From contig CAWAIF010000003.1 in the NCBI GenBank assembly GCA_963782055.1, positions 3,392,001 to 3,456,000 on the forward strand: a stretch of DNA of 64,000 nucleotides, read 5' to 3'. The notes under the pieces are model-generated. The model did no database searches. It had not been told where the DNA came from and saw only the letters and a program-made list of their open reading frames with translations. This stretch comes from an uncultured delta proteobacterium (lineage in GTDB: Bacteria > Myxococcota_A > Polyangia > Polyangiales > Polyangiaceae). Shown here piece by piece: positions 22,921 through 31,342 of this stretch. Numbering within the stretch: the first letter of the stretch is position 1; the number at the start of each line of letters is the position of its first letter. The position numbers were made by a program, and so were the translations under genes.

Positions 22921-23679
22921 TCAGTCTTCCGAGCGTCTAAGCCCCAGCCGCTTGCGGAGCTCGCGCGCCGCCTGCCGCGACACCTCCACCGCGTGCCCGC
23001 GCGTCGTGCGCGCCACGTACCCGCCCGTCTCCAGCGGCTCGAGCCGCGTCACGTGCGCCAGGTTGAGCAGCGCGCGCCGGTGCACGCGCGAGAGGCGCGG
23101 CAGCTTCGCCTCCAGCTCGCCCAGGGAGAAGTCGGTGACGTACTCGGCGTCGGTGGTGACCACGCTGACCAGCGCGCCGTCGAGCACCGCGTGCGTCACG
23201 CGCTCCGGGTCCACCAGCACGATCCCTTGCCGCGTCGCGATGGCCAGGCGTTCGGGCGGGGCGGGCCGCGTCTCTGCGCGACCCGCCGCCGGTCGGGCGG
23301 CCTCCACGCGCTCGCGCGCCCGCGCCACCGCCTTCTTCAGCCGCCCTAGCTCGATGGGCTTGAGCAGGTAGTCGACCGCTCCGCCGTCGAAGGCGGACAC
23401 CGCGTGGTCGGCGTGCGCGGTGCAGAAGACCACCGCCGGACCGCCCTGCATCATGGCGAGCGCGTCGATGCCGGAGAGGCCGGGCATGTGGATGTCCAGC
23501 AGCGCCACGTCCACGCCCCCCGCGCGCACGCGCTCCAGCGTCTCCTCCGTGTTGGTGCACTGCGCCACAATCTCCACGCCCTCCACCTCGGTGAGGAGGC
23601 GCGCCAGACGCTTGCGCGCCAGCAGCTCGTCGTCGGCGAAGAGCACGCGCAGCGGGCGGGCGGGAGGCGGCGTGCTCAT
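22921..23679 (-). CDS. LytTR-family response regulator
   Basis: ADDELLAR, LLDIHMPGLSG, DYLLKP; C-terminal RVHRRALLNL...VSR LytTR motif. Confidence 0.93.
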   Translation of the reverse strand: MSTPPPARPLRVLFADDELLARKRLARLLTEVEGVEIVAQCTNTEETLERVRAGGVDVALLDIHMPGLSGIDALAMMQGGPAVVFCTAHADHAVSAFDGGAVDYLLKPIELGRLKKAVARARERVEAARPAAGRAETRPAPPERLAIATRQGIVLVDPERVTHAVLDGALVSVVTTDAEYVTDFSLGELEAKLPRLSRVHRRALLNLAHVTRLEPLETGGYVARTTRGHAVEVSRQAARELRKRLGLRRSED

Positions 23680-24737
23680 GCGGCCAGCCGCGGCCCCCGC
23701 GCGGGCAGATCGATCTCCGCGCGCGTCGTGTCCCCGTGCTGCGCGACGCGCACCGCCGCGCCGCCCTCGTAGGCGAGCGCCAGCCGCTTCTCCACCGTGG
23801 GCAGGCCGTGGCTGCCGGCGCGCGGCCCGGCGTAGGCGCCCGGGTTCTCTACCGTCACCCGCACCGCGTCGCGCCCGCGCTTCGCGCTCACCGCGATGGT
23901 CCCGCGGTGACCCTTCGCCGGCCCGTGCTTCACCGCGTTCTCCACCAGCGGGAAGAGCAGCATGGGGGGCACCTCCACCTGCAGCGCGGCGGCGTCCACC
24001 TCCCAGGAGAGGACGAAGAGCTCCGGATCGCGCAGCTGATGGAGCGACAGCAGCGTCCGGCACAGCGCGAGCTCGCGCTCCAGCGGCCAGGAGGTCTGCT
24101 TGACGCCGCCCAGCACCCCCCGCAGCAGCGCGGAGAGCTCCAGCACCGCCTTCTCCGCCGTCTCGCCGTCCTCCCGGCACCACTCGGCGATGGCGTTGAG
24201 GGCGTTGAAGAGGAAGTGCGGGTCCAGGTGCGCCTTGAGCGCGAGGAGCTGCGCCTGCTCCGCCTCGAAGGCGAGCCGCTCGGCGCGGCGTCTGGCGCGC
24301 GCCAGGCTCGCTTCCATCCCGATGTCGCGCCCCAGGCCCCACCCGCCGACGAGGAAGAGCGCCACGTCGATGATCAGGCTGGTGCGCGCGGTGAGGAACG
24401 TCTGCGTGATCCCGAAGACGAGGCGCGGCACGTACACCCCCACCGTGAGCACCGCGCCGGCGCCGATGCCCACGTAGAGCAGGAGCCGCACCGCGCCGTG
24501 GCTGAGGTCCAGGCCCTCCGGGAACAGGACCCGGTAGGAGACCGGCGCGACGAGCACGAAGGTGGTGCACAGCGCCAGGCCCACCCACACCGCCTCCGGG
24601 TTCCGGCTGTAGCTCCGCTGCGCGAAGAGCAGGGGAATGGTGACGCACAGGATGGGCAGCGCCCGCTTCGGCGCGAGCAGCGCGAGCAGCGTGCGGCGCA
24701 CGATGGAGCCCTCCGGGGGCGCGAGGAGGCCGGTCAC
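23676..24737 (-). CDS. LytS-type sensor histidine kinase
   Basis: N-terminal TMs, LKAHLDPHFLFNALNAI, PLVENAVKHG, SHGL; ATGA coupling to the LytTR gene. Confidence 0.92.
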   Translation of the reverse strand: MTGLLAPPEGSIVRRTLLALLAPKRALPILCVTIPLLFAQRSYSRNPEAVWVGLALCTTFVLVAPVSYRVLFPEGLDLSHGAVRLLLYVGIGAGAVLTVGVYVPRLVFGITQTFLTARTSLIIDVALFLVGGWGLGRDIGMEASLARARRRAERLAFEAEQAQLLALKAHLDPHFLFNALNAIAEWCREDGETAEKAVLELSALLRGVLGGVKQTSWPLERELALCRTLLSLHQLRDPELFVLSWEVDAAALQVEVPPMLLFPLVENAVKHGPAKGHRGTIAVSAKRGRDAVRVTVENPGAYAGPRAGSHGLPTVEKRLALAYEGGAAVRVAQHGDTTRAEIDLPARGPRLAA

Positions 24738-24920
24738 GAGGGGATCATACGGCGGCGAGGCGCGTTTCGCCCCGCGGACGGCGTGAGCGGTCGGCCGGCG
24801 CCTTCCAGCGGTCGCGGCGGAAGGGCGCGAGGCCGCTCGGTGTGCTTCGTGAGGCGAAACTACCCGTCGCCGCCTTGAGCGCCCCACCACCCGGCGACGA
24901 ACGCTCGCATCCAAACCGGC

Positions 24921-25712
24921 GTGCGATACGTCGGAGCCCGCGCATCCATTGCGACTCGCGCTCTCGCGAGCCTCGCCGCGCTCGCCGCGCTGCTCGTGGC
25001 GTCGCGGGCGCGCGGGGGCCCCCCCTACGTCACCGACAATCCCGAGCCCGTGCCCTACCGGCACTGGGAGCTGTACCTCGCCTCGCAGGGGTCTCACGAC
25101 AGGGACGGCTGGAGCGGAACGGGCCCGCACGTCGAGGTCAACTACGGCCCGGTGCCGAACCTGCAGCTCCACCTCATCACGCCCCTCGCGTACGCCGCGC
25201 CAGACGGCGCGCCGAGCACGTACGGCTACGGCGACACCGAGCTGGGCTTCAAGCTCCGCTTCGTCCAGGAGCGGAAGTGGTTGCCGATGATCGGCATCTT
25301 CCCGCTGCTCGAGGTCCCGACCGGCAGCGTGGCGGACGGCCTGGGCAACGGGAGCACGCAGGTCTTCGTCCCGGTGTGGCTCCAGAAGTCCTTCGGCAAG
25401 TGGCAGACGTACGGCGGCGTCGGCGTGTGGATCGACCTCGGAGACCGCGATCGCCACTGGTGGCTGTTCGGCTGGCAGGTGCAGCGCCAGATCACCTCGT
25501 GGCTCACCCTCGGCGCGGAGGTCTTCCACCAGACGCCGGACCACCCCGGCGGGGAGGGGGACACCCGCTTCGACATCGGCGGACAGATCGACTTCAGCGA
25601 CGTCCACCACCTGCTCTTCTCCGCGGGCCGGGGCTTCGGCGGGCCGAACCTGTTCCAGTACTACGTCGCCTATCAGGCCACCTTCGGCCCGCGGGAGGTG
25701 CCCCGCCCATGA
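24921..25712 (+). CDS. Secreted or outer-membrane beta-barrel-like protein
   Basis: Signal peptide ending ARG-GPPYVTDNPEP; GYGDTELGFKLRF; alternating beta-strand pattern. Confidence 0.65.
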   Translation: MRYVGARASIATRALASLAALAALLVASRARGGPPYVTDNPEPVPYRHWELYLASQGSHDRDGWSGTGPHVEVNYGPVPNLQLHLITPLAYAAPDGAPSTYGYGDTELGFKLRFVQERKWLPMIGIFPLLEVPTGSVADGLGNGSTQVFVPVWLQKSFGKWQTYGGVGVWIDLGDRDRHWWLFGWQVQRQITSWLTLGAEVFHQTPDHPGGEGDTRFDIGGQIDFSDVHHLLFSAGRGFGGPNLFQYYVAYQATFGPREVPRP

Positions 25713-25771
25713 GCGCTCCCGCGCGCCCGGTCCGTCAGGCGGCGGCGGGTCTCGCGCGTCGGATCCTGGGT

Positions 25772-27262
25772 CTACCCGGCGGGCAAGCCGTGGTAGTAAG
25801 GCGAAGCTTCTCCGGGCTGATAGCTCAGTTGGTAGAGCTGCGGACTTTTAATCCGTAGGTCGCGGGTTCGAGTCCCGCTCGGCCCACCACGGGAAACCCG
25901 CCCCGGAGTCGTCGCGGAGGCCAGGGCGGAAGAGGGCGGAGCGCCCCCCATTGGCACGCCCATTGGCACGGGCCTCCGGCCCCCGGTGCCGCCCTTCGGG
26001 TGAAGTTCGGGGATCGCTTCGTCCAGCGGAGCGAACCATCCGAGGCCGAGCTCCGCGGCGGTCCGGCTCGCGCGCTTGTAGCGGTAGATCATCACCGACG
26101 ACTTGTGCCCGGTGCGGTCGGTCACCCACGCTTCCGTGCGCCCGCTGGCGAGGGCGAGGGTCACGAACGAGCCGCGCAGGTCGTGGGCACGAAGGAGCAG
26201 GCGCCCGGCCTTCGGCTTCGTGAGCTCCGGCCGGTCGACGCCGGCCAGGGCGAGCCCTTCGCGTAGGTGGTGCGCGTAGTCCCCACGATCGCCCAGGAGC
26301 GCCTTGGGGAAGATGGCTGGCACCTTCGTAGCCTTCGCCCCGCGGAGCTTCTTCCAGGCGCCCAGGGCGCGCACCACGTCCTCGCCCAGCGCCCACGAGC
26401 GCGGGTCCTCGGTCTTGTTGGTGTCGAGCCGCACGACGCCGCGCACAAGGTCCACGTCCGCCCACGTCAGGCCGAGAGCTTCGCCGGTGCGCATGCCCTC
26501 CCTGGCCAGGAAGCCGAAGAAGAGGCGGCGGGCTAGAGGCACCTCGCGGCACTGCATGAGGGCGAGGTCCTCGCTCGGGTAGACGTAGGACTTCGCCGCG
26601 TCGCTCCGGTTCTTCGGGAGCCAGCCTTGGGGGATCGGGATGTCCTGCCGGAGCCGAAGCGGGTAGCGCCCGTACACCAGCAGCTTGCGGATCGCCTGCG
26701 CGTACTGGCGCCGCGCCGCCGCCGTGCGCGTCGTCTCGGGCAGGTGTCCCATGAGGTGATCGCAGTCGTCCAGGGTGACGCTGGCCACCGGGCGCGCGCC
26801 GAAGGTGGTCCCGTCCGGCATGCGCACCTTGTTCAGCCAGGCGAAGATCCGCGCATCGTCCTTGCTGCTCTTCTTCACGCGCACGTGGTCCGGGTAGGAC
26901 TTCGCGAGCTCGCCGGAGCTCCACGCGGCGGCGAGCTCCTCCACGGTCATCCCGTCCTTGCGGAGCCCGCCGGCGCCGGAGAGCCCGGGCGCCTTGCCGG
27001 CGAGGATCACGGCGGCCGCCTTCCGGATGGCGGCGAAGCCCTCCGCGTCGGCGGCCGCCGCTTCCTGGATCAGCCTCGGGAGCACCCCCGTGTGGCCCGC
27101 GTCCCGGAGGCGGTCGACGAGTGCGCCGATCGCGTCCTTCCGCTTGAGGGCCTCCGCCTCCGTCTTGCACGACGTCAGGAGGGCGCCCTTGCGCTGCTTC
27201 CCGGAGCCGATGACGTACCGGACGAAGTACCCGCCGGGCGTGGTGGTGAGGGTGCCGGACAT
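25772..27262 (-). CDS. int: Tyrosine recombinase/integrase; C-terminus reads through attL antisense to the tRNA
   Basis: GMRTGEALGLTWADVD (R), NKT (K), HDLR (HxxR), TGHKSSVMIYRY (H, Y). Confidence 0.93.
   Translation of the reverse strand: MSGTLTTTPGGYFVRYVIGSGKQRKGALLTSCKTEAEALKRKDAIGALVDRLRDAGHTGVLPRLIQEAAAADAEGFAAIRKAAAVILAGKAPGLSGAGGLRKDGMTVEELAAAWSSGELAKSYPDHVRVKKSSKDDARIFAWLNKVRMPDGTTFGARPVASVTLDDCDHLMGHLPETTRTAAARRQYAQAIRKLLVYGRYPLRLRQDIPIPQGWLPKNRSDAAKSYVYPSEDLALMQCREVPLARRLFFGFLAREGMRTGEALGLTWADVDLVRGVVRLDTNKTEDPRSWALGEDVVRALGAWKKLRGAKATKVPAIFPKALLGDRGDYAHHLREGLALAGVDRPELTKPKAGRLLLRAHDLRGSFVTLALASGRTEAWVTDRTGHKSSVMIYRYKRASRTAAELGLGWFAPLDEAIPELHPKGGTGGRRPVPMGVPMGGAPPSSALASATTPGRVSRGGPSGTRTRDLRIKSPQLYQLSYQPGEASPYYHGLPAG
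25814..25889 (+). tRNA. tRNA-Lys (anticodon TTT)
   Basis: 76-nt cloverleaf: GGGCTGA acceptor, D-arm TAGCTCAGTTGGTAGAGC, anticodon loop CTTTTAA, GGTTCGAGTCC T-loop, encoded CCA. Confidence 0.97.
25845..25891 (+). repeat. attL core (47 bp, 3' half of tRNA-Lys)
   Basis: CTTTTAATCCGTAGGTCGCGGGTTCGAGTCCCGCTCGGCCCACCACG identical to 36074-36120. Confidence 0.95.
25948..25970. repeat. Putative integrase arm-type sites, left end
   Basis: Tandem CCATTGGCACG x2; reverse-complement tandem pair at 35962-35983. Confidence 0.75.
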
Positions 27263-27297
27263 GCCGAAAGACTACTCCGCCTCGGCCTCGCGGGCGT

Positions 27298-27783
27298 TCA
27301 CTTGCGGACCCGGCGCTTGGCGGGCTTCGCCGTGGGCTCCACGGCGATAGAGAGGGACGCGACGGCGTTGCGGACGAGCATCCGAAGCACCGCGCTCGTC
27401 GGCATCTCGTAGTGACGCGCGAGCGCCTCCAAGCGCGCCACGTCCACGTCACCCACACGCATCCGCACCACCTGCCCCTTGGTCTCCAATTCGGTCTGCA
27501 TCGGCTTCACCCTGATCCTTCCTGACGGGTCCGCTTCGATTGTAGCCACAACGGGGCGACTGTCAACGGCCGAGCCCATGAGTGCCGCCACGTCCACACC
27601 CAACACCGCGGCGACCCTGGCCAGCCATTCCACGGTGGGCGTGGCCTCGGCCCTCGTCACCCGGTAGATCTGCGCGCTGCCCACGTCGGCCGCCACGGAC
27701 AGTTGGTAGAGGGACAGCCCCCGCTCGGCCGCAACGGCCTTGATGTTCGCTGCGATGCGTCGGCGGAGCTCCCGGTCGGTCAT
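27298..27783 (-). CDS. XRE-HTH regulator in frame with a ribbon-helix-helix domain (RHH possibly also made alone from 27510/27501)
   Basis: RIAANIKAVAAERGLSLYQLS...IYRVTRAEATPTVEWLARVAAVLGV (XRE); QVVRMRVGDVDVARLEALARHYEMPTSAVLRMLV (RHH/CopG-like). Confidence 0.75.
   Translation of the reverse strand: MTDRELRRRIAANIKAVAAERGLSLYQLSVAADVGSAQIYRVTRAEATPTVEWLARVAAVLGVDVAALMGSAVDSRPVVATIEADPSGRIRVKPMQTELETKGQVVRMRVGDVDVARLEALARHYEMPTSAVLRMLVRNAVASLSIAVEPTAKPAKRRVRK
27539..27566 (-). promoter_or_regulatory. sigma70-type promoter inside the HTH ORF, facing RHH-int
   Basis: TTGACA-N16-TACAAT on minus strand; overlapped by TGTAGCCACA (27541-27550); AGGAAGGA RBS before GTG 27510. Confidence 0.65.
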
Positions 27784-27805
27784 CCCCCGATGGTACCGGG
27801 GAGGC

Positions 27806-27848
27806 TTGCGTTTCTCTCGATCGCCTCTTACGATCGCGTGTAGCTACA
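27806..27848 (+). promoter_or_regulatory. sigma70-type promoter plus palindromic operator for the rightward operon
   Basis: TTGCGT-N17-TACGAT (27806-27834), then perfect palindrome TGTAGCTACA (27839-27848); AAGGAGA RBS before ATG 27909. Confidence 0.6.
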
Positions 27849-27908
27849 GAAACGAAACGGCCCGGCGAGGCGCAAACCTCCCGGGCCAGGCCACCAAGGA
27901 GATTACCC

Positions 27909-28241
27909 ATGGCGACGACAAGCAATGTGGACGTAGTGCGAGCGCTCGGCAAGCTGGACGACGCGATCATCGACGGCAAGCGGCTCCTGCGGGCCGAACG
28001 CATCGGGCAGCTACGAGCCCTCGCGTACGAGGCGGTGGGCATGGCTCGCCACGACACGCGCACCGGCGAGGGCGTAGGCCCCGACGATGCGGACGTGGTG
28101 TTTTTGATGTACGGCCCCGAAGGGCTGGACATGGTGGAGCGCGACGTGTTCATCAGGCACGCCAGGGCGGCGCTGGCGCCCCCGGTGCCCCTGTCCCCCT
28201 GCGACGTGGCCCGCGTCGCCCTGCGCCGGGTGCCGCGATGA
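27909..28241 (+). CDS. Element hypothetical protein
   Basis: 110-aa ORF with strong RBS; ATGA-coupled to the next ORF. Confidence 0.7.
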   Translation: MATTSNVDVVRALGKLDDAIIDGKRLLRAERIGQLRALAYEAVGMARHDTRTGEGVGPDDADVVFLMYGPEGLDMVERDVFIRHARAALAPPVPLSPCDVARVALRRVPR

Positions 28242-28474
28242 TCGGCTACGAGGCGGCGGGCTCGGTCTGCGGATCATGTGGCCACCACCACCGGACGATC
28301 GCCACGGCGTACGCCTGCGCGGACGCGCACGGGCGGGCCATCGGGCGCGCCTACCCGAGCACGTTCCCCACGCGGGCGTACAGCGATCGGGTCGTCTGCC
28401 GTCTAGACGGCGAGCCGCTGTCGGAAGCGGAGCAGGACGAGCTTGTGCAGGCGGCCGAAGCCGCGGACGAGTAG
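28238..28474 (+). CDS. Small putative metal-binding protein
   Basis: 78 aa; CGSCGHHHRT....AC motif; ATGA overlap. Confidence 0.65.
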   Translation: MIGYEAAGSVCGSCGHHHRTIATAYACADAHGRAIGRAYPSTFPTRAYSDRVVCRLDGEPLSEAEQDELVQAAEAADE

Positions 28475-28481
28475 CACCGCA

Positions 28482-28832
28482 TCACCTCGCAGTACGAGAG
28501 GGCTCCGCGGCTTCGGCTGCGGGGCCCTTCGCTTTGGCCCGCAGCTCCCGCACCTCTTGAAGTAGCTCCGTGCACCGCGCCTGCGTGCGCGTGAGGGCGT
28601 CGGCCACCGCGGACCGCTCCCCGGCGAGCTTGCCGATCGCTTCGTACACCAGCGCGTCAAGCATCTCGGCGCGAAGCTCCGCGGTCCAGTCGCGCGCGTC
28701 CTGCGCGATGCGGAGCTCCCCGTACTGGCGCCGCCCGGTCGCGAGCCGATCCGCAATCATGCAGAGTACACGCACCTCGTCCGGGCCCAGCGTCGCCACG
28801 ATGGCGCCCAGGCGATCCGCAGGGCTCACCAC
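28482..28832 (-). CDS. Phage-type hypothetical protein
   Basis: GRRQYGEL...RDW..E...EMLDALVY helical motif plus C-terminal coiled coil. Confidence 0.6.
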   Translation of the reverse strand: MVSPADRLGAIVATLGPDEVRVLCMIADRLATGRRQYGELRIAQDARDWTAELRAEMLDALVYEAIGKLAGERSAVADALTRTQARCTELLQEVRELRAKAKGPAAEAAEPSRTAR

Positions 28833-29068
28833 GGGGACTCGTCCTCGCGCTGCCTCTGGAAGTAGTCCGGCGAGTGCGGCTTCGCGATGTCATGAGCCGC
28901 GGCAAGGCGCCCGGCCTCGTCCAGCCGCAGCGTGGGCATGTCGCGCGGGCGCTCGGGGCTTGGCGCGCCCGCGTCGCGCGGGACGATCGTCCCGTCATCG
29001 ATCAACGCGGCGCGGAGCTCGCGCGCGAAGGCCCGCCGTGCGCTGGAGTGCGTCGTCAGATCACCCAT
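28826..29068 (-). CDS. Element hypothetical protein
   Basis: 80-aa ORF overlapping its neighbours in the minus-strand chain. Confidence 0.5.
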   Translation of the reverse strand: MGDLTTHSSARRAFARELRAALIDDGTIVPRDAGAPSPERPRDMPTLRLDEAGRLAAAHDIAKPHSPDYFQRQREDESPW

Positions 29069-29361
29069 GCTTTGTCTCCGCGCATGCGCACCACGACCCG
29101 AGCGGACTGGACGAGGCCTCGGTCGTGAACCGTGACGAACCGGCCGTGCCCCAGCCGAACTGTGGCGGTGCCGTCGTCGCAGTGCACGACCGTGCCGTCG
29201 AGCGCAGAAAGCGGCGGGTGGGCGCGCCGCAGAAAAGGAGGCCTTCCCCTCTGCGGCGCCGAGAGGGGAGCCAGCCCTCGCGCGCGGGAGGTGGATGGCC
29301 TCCCGCGGCCCGAGGCGAGGCGGCGGGATGGCGCCGCCGCATCGCCTACTACATCCTTCAC
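29056..29361 (-). CDS. Element hypothetical protein (frame uncertain)
   Basis: GTGA coupling at 29358-29361; beta-rich C-terminal half. Confidence 0.35.
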   Translation of the reverse strand: MKDVVGDAAAPSRRLASGRGRPSTSRARGLAPLSAPQRGRPPFLRRAHPPLSALDGTVVHCDDGTATVRLGHGRFVTVHDRGLVQSARVVVRMRGDKAWVI

Positions 29362-29777
29362 GGCGCCCGCCACAGATCGGGCGCGGCCTCTTCCGGTGCG
29401 GGGCGGACCATGGTGGCCACCTCGTACTTCGCGATCGAGGTTGTGATCGGGAGCATGATCAGCGCCCACCGATGCGTCCAGGGAAGGGGGCCGAAGTCTG
29501 GAGCGTCCCGGGCGATGATCGCTTCGACGTTCCCGCGCATCGTGCGCCCGGCGATCTCCGCGCCCCCGTCGTCGTCGCCCGGCCACATGACCACCGTGTC
29601 ATCCACCCGCGAGAGGAAGGCATCGCGGTCCGCGAAGGCGACATGGCGCGCACGGAAGACCATGTGCCCGCCGACCGTCGCGCCGCCGAGGGCTACGAAG
29701 TGATCGGTGGGGCAGTCGGCGAGCCCGGCGCGCAGCGCATCGATCAGCGCGTCGACGGTGGCGTCGCCGGTGCTCAC
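29358..29777 (-). CDS. Element hypothetical protein
   Basis: 139-aa ORF, GTGA-coupled at both ends. Confidence 0.6.
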   Translation of the reverse strand: MSTGDATVDALIDALRAGLADCPTDHFVALGGATVGGHMVFRARHVAFADRDAFLSRVDDTVVMWPGDDDGGAEIAGRTMRGNVEAIIARDAPDFGPLPWTHRWALIMLPITTSIAKYEVATMVRPAPEEAAPDLWRAP

Positions 29778-30124
29778 GACTCACCCGCGGCGAGGGCGAG
29801 ACGCGCGACCTTCGCCGCGTCTTCGGCCGACTGCGCCCGCACGCTGGCCAGGTGTCGACGCGCCTGCTCCGGCGTCATGTTCAGCTCGTATCGCCCGTGG
29901 ATGAAGGTCACGCCGGACCCCTGCGCGGACATGCCCATGCGCGCGGCGATGCGCGCGGCTTCGGGGCTCTTCGTCGAAGGCTTGCCGACTCCGCGAGCGA
30001 GGATCTGCCGGGCCTGCTCCCGCGTGATCGGGCCCAGCTCGTAGCGCCCGCCCTTGAAGCTCGCGACTGCGGGCGCCTCGCCGTGGAAGACGCCCATCCT
30101 GAGGTTGATCTCGTTCTTTGTCAT
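29774..30124 (-). CDS. Element hypothetical protein with an internal repeat
   Basis: 116 aa; GRYEL..(I/M)T.EQAR..LA occurs twice; ATGA/GTGA coupling. Confidence 0.65.
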   Translation of the reverse strand: MTKNEINLRMGVFHGEAPAVASFKGGRYELGPITREQARQILARGVGKPSTKSPEAARIAARMGMSAQGSGVTFIHGRYELNMTPEQARRHLASVRAQSAEDAAKVARLALAAGES

Positions 30125-30933
30125 CTCAGCAACTCCCTCTCCGCGCTGGTGCGCTTGAGATCCAAGGCCGCAACCTCGGAGTCATCCGCCGGCGCCTGGC
30201 GCCTCCCGCGCGGCGGCGCGGGGGACGCGGGGGCGCGTGCAGCCTTTTCCGCATCGATCTGCGCGGCGCGCCTCTTCGCGATGAGCGCGGCCTCAGCGTC
30301 GCGGGCCGCGGCGTACCCATCGACGCGGCACACGCGCGAGCGCAGCGACTCTCCGCGAGCGCGCACGATCTCGGGGTCGATCGAAGCGTGGAGCCGAACG
30401 ACTGCGCGCTCCACGGCTCGCTCGAGCTCCGCCACGGAGTCGCCGAACTCGAGCGGACCGATGTCGCCGCGACCGACGCGGGCGAGCAAGCTCTCCGCCA
30501 GCGGGCCCGCGTGGTCGGATTCGTACTGCGTGAACGCCGGCGACCCGTGCATCGCGACCCGCTCGTCGCCGTGCGCCACCGCTGCGATCAGGTGCCAGGA
30601 CGAGAATTCGCCGCCGAGCTCCTCGCGAGCGCGCACGATGACCGCGCCGGCGGTCCGGATGACCTCCGCCCAGCTCGTACGCTTGCCGTCGCACGTGGCG
30701 ACGGCCTCGCGCCAGTCGGAGACGAGCGCGAGGATCTCCGCTTCCTGCCGCGCGCGGGCGGCGGCGGCGGCGGCCTCGGCGTCTTTGATCCGGGCGGAGT
30801 GATTGCTCGTCATCGCGAGCCGCGCACCCCGGTGATCGTGGTCGAGTGCGGCGAGCTCGTCCAGGCACGAGCGGGTGAGGGCGTCGAGCGCGCGAGCGCG
30901 TTCGGCGTGCGAGGTGTGGGTCACGTCGGTCAT
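30121..30933 (-). CDS. Element hypothetical helical or coiled-coil protein
   Basis: 270 aa; ATGA coupling at both ends. Confidence 0.6.
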   Translation of the reverse strand: MTDVTHTSHAERARALDALTRSCLDELAALDHDHRGARLAMTSNHSARIKDAEAAAAAARARQEAEILALVSDWREAVATCDGKRTSWAEVIRTAGAVIVRAREELGGEFSSWHLIAAVAHGDERVAMHGSPAFTQYESDHAGPLAESLLARVGRGDIGPLEFGDSVAELERAVERAVVRLHASIDPEIVRARGESLRSRVCRVDGYAAARDAEAALIAKRRAAQIDAEKAARAPASPAPPRGRRQAPADDSEVAALDLKRTSAERELLR

Positions 30934-31181
30934 GCGGACACCCTGCTCCCGTCGGAGTCTACAGTTGTGGAATTCGTCGGAGGCGCGAGCCACGACGCGG
31001 GCGCGATGGCGTACACCTCGGCGAGGCGAACGGCGACGCGGAGCCCGGGCAGTCGCGTCCCCGCGAGAAGGGAGTAGAGGGTCGCGCGCTTGATCCGTGT
31101 GTGGTGCAGGACGAGCGTCAAGCCGTCGCGCGCGACCACGGCGGCGAGCGCCTCACGGCCTGCACTTCGCGCGGGGGTCAC
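30930..31181 (-). CDS. Small XRE/Cro-like HTH protein
   Basis: TRIKRATLYSLLAGTRLPGLRVAVRLAEVYAIAPASW. Confidence 0.65.
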   Translation of the reverse strand: MTPARSAGREALAAVVARDGLTLVLHHTRIKRATLYSLLAGTRLPGLRVAVRLAEVYAIAPASWLAPPTNSTTVDSDGSRVSA

Positions 31182-31342
31182 GGCTCGTTGCCCTCCGGCG
31201 CGGGCGCCGGCGCGCGCGAGGGCTCCGCGGCGGGGCGCGGGGCTCCGCACGTGGGGCACCGCCCCTTCTTGCGGGCGAGCTCCGCCAGTAGGCGCCTCGC
31301 GAGCGACGCCGCCGGCGAGCTCGGGGGGTCGGGCGCCCTCAC
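31178..31342 (-). CDS. Small protein with a CPTC zinc-knuckle motif
   Basis: GTG at 31342 overlaps TGA 31339-31341; LARRLLAELARKKGRCPTCG. Confidence 0.4.
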   Translation of the reverse strand: MRAPDPPSSPAASLARRLLAELARKKGRCPTCGAPRPAAEPSRAPAPAPEGNEP

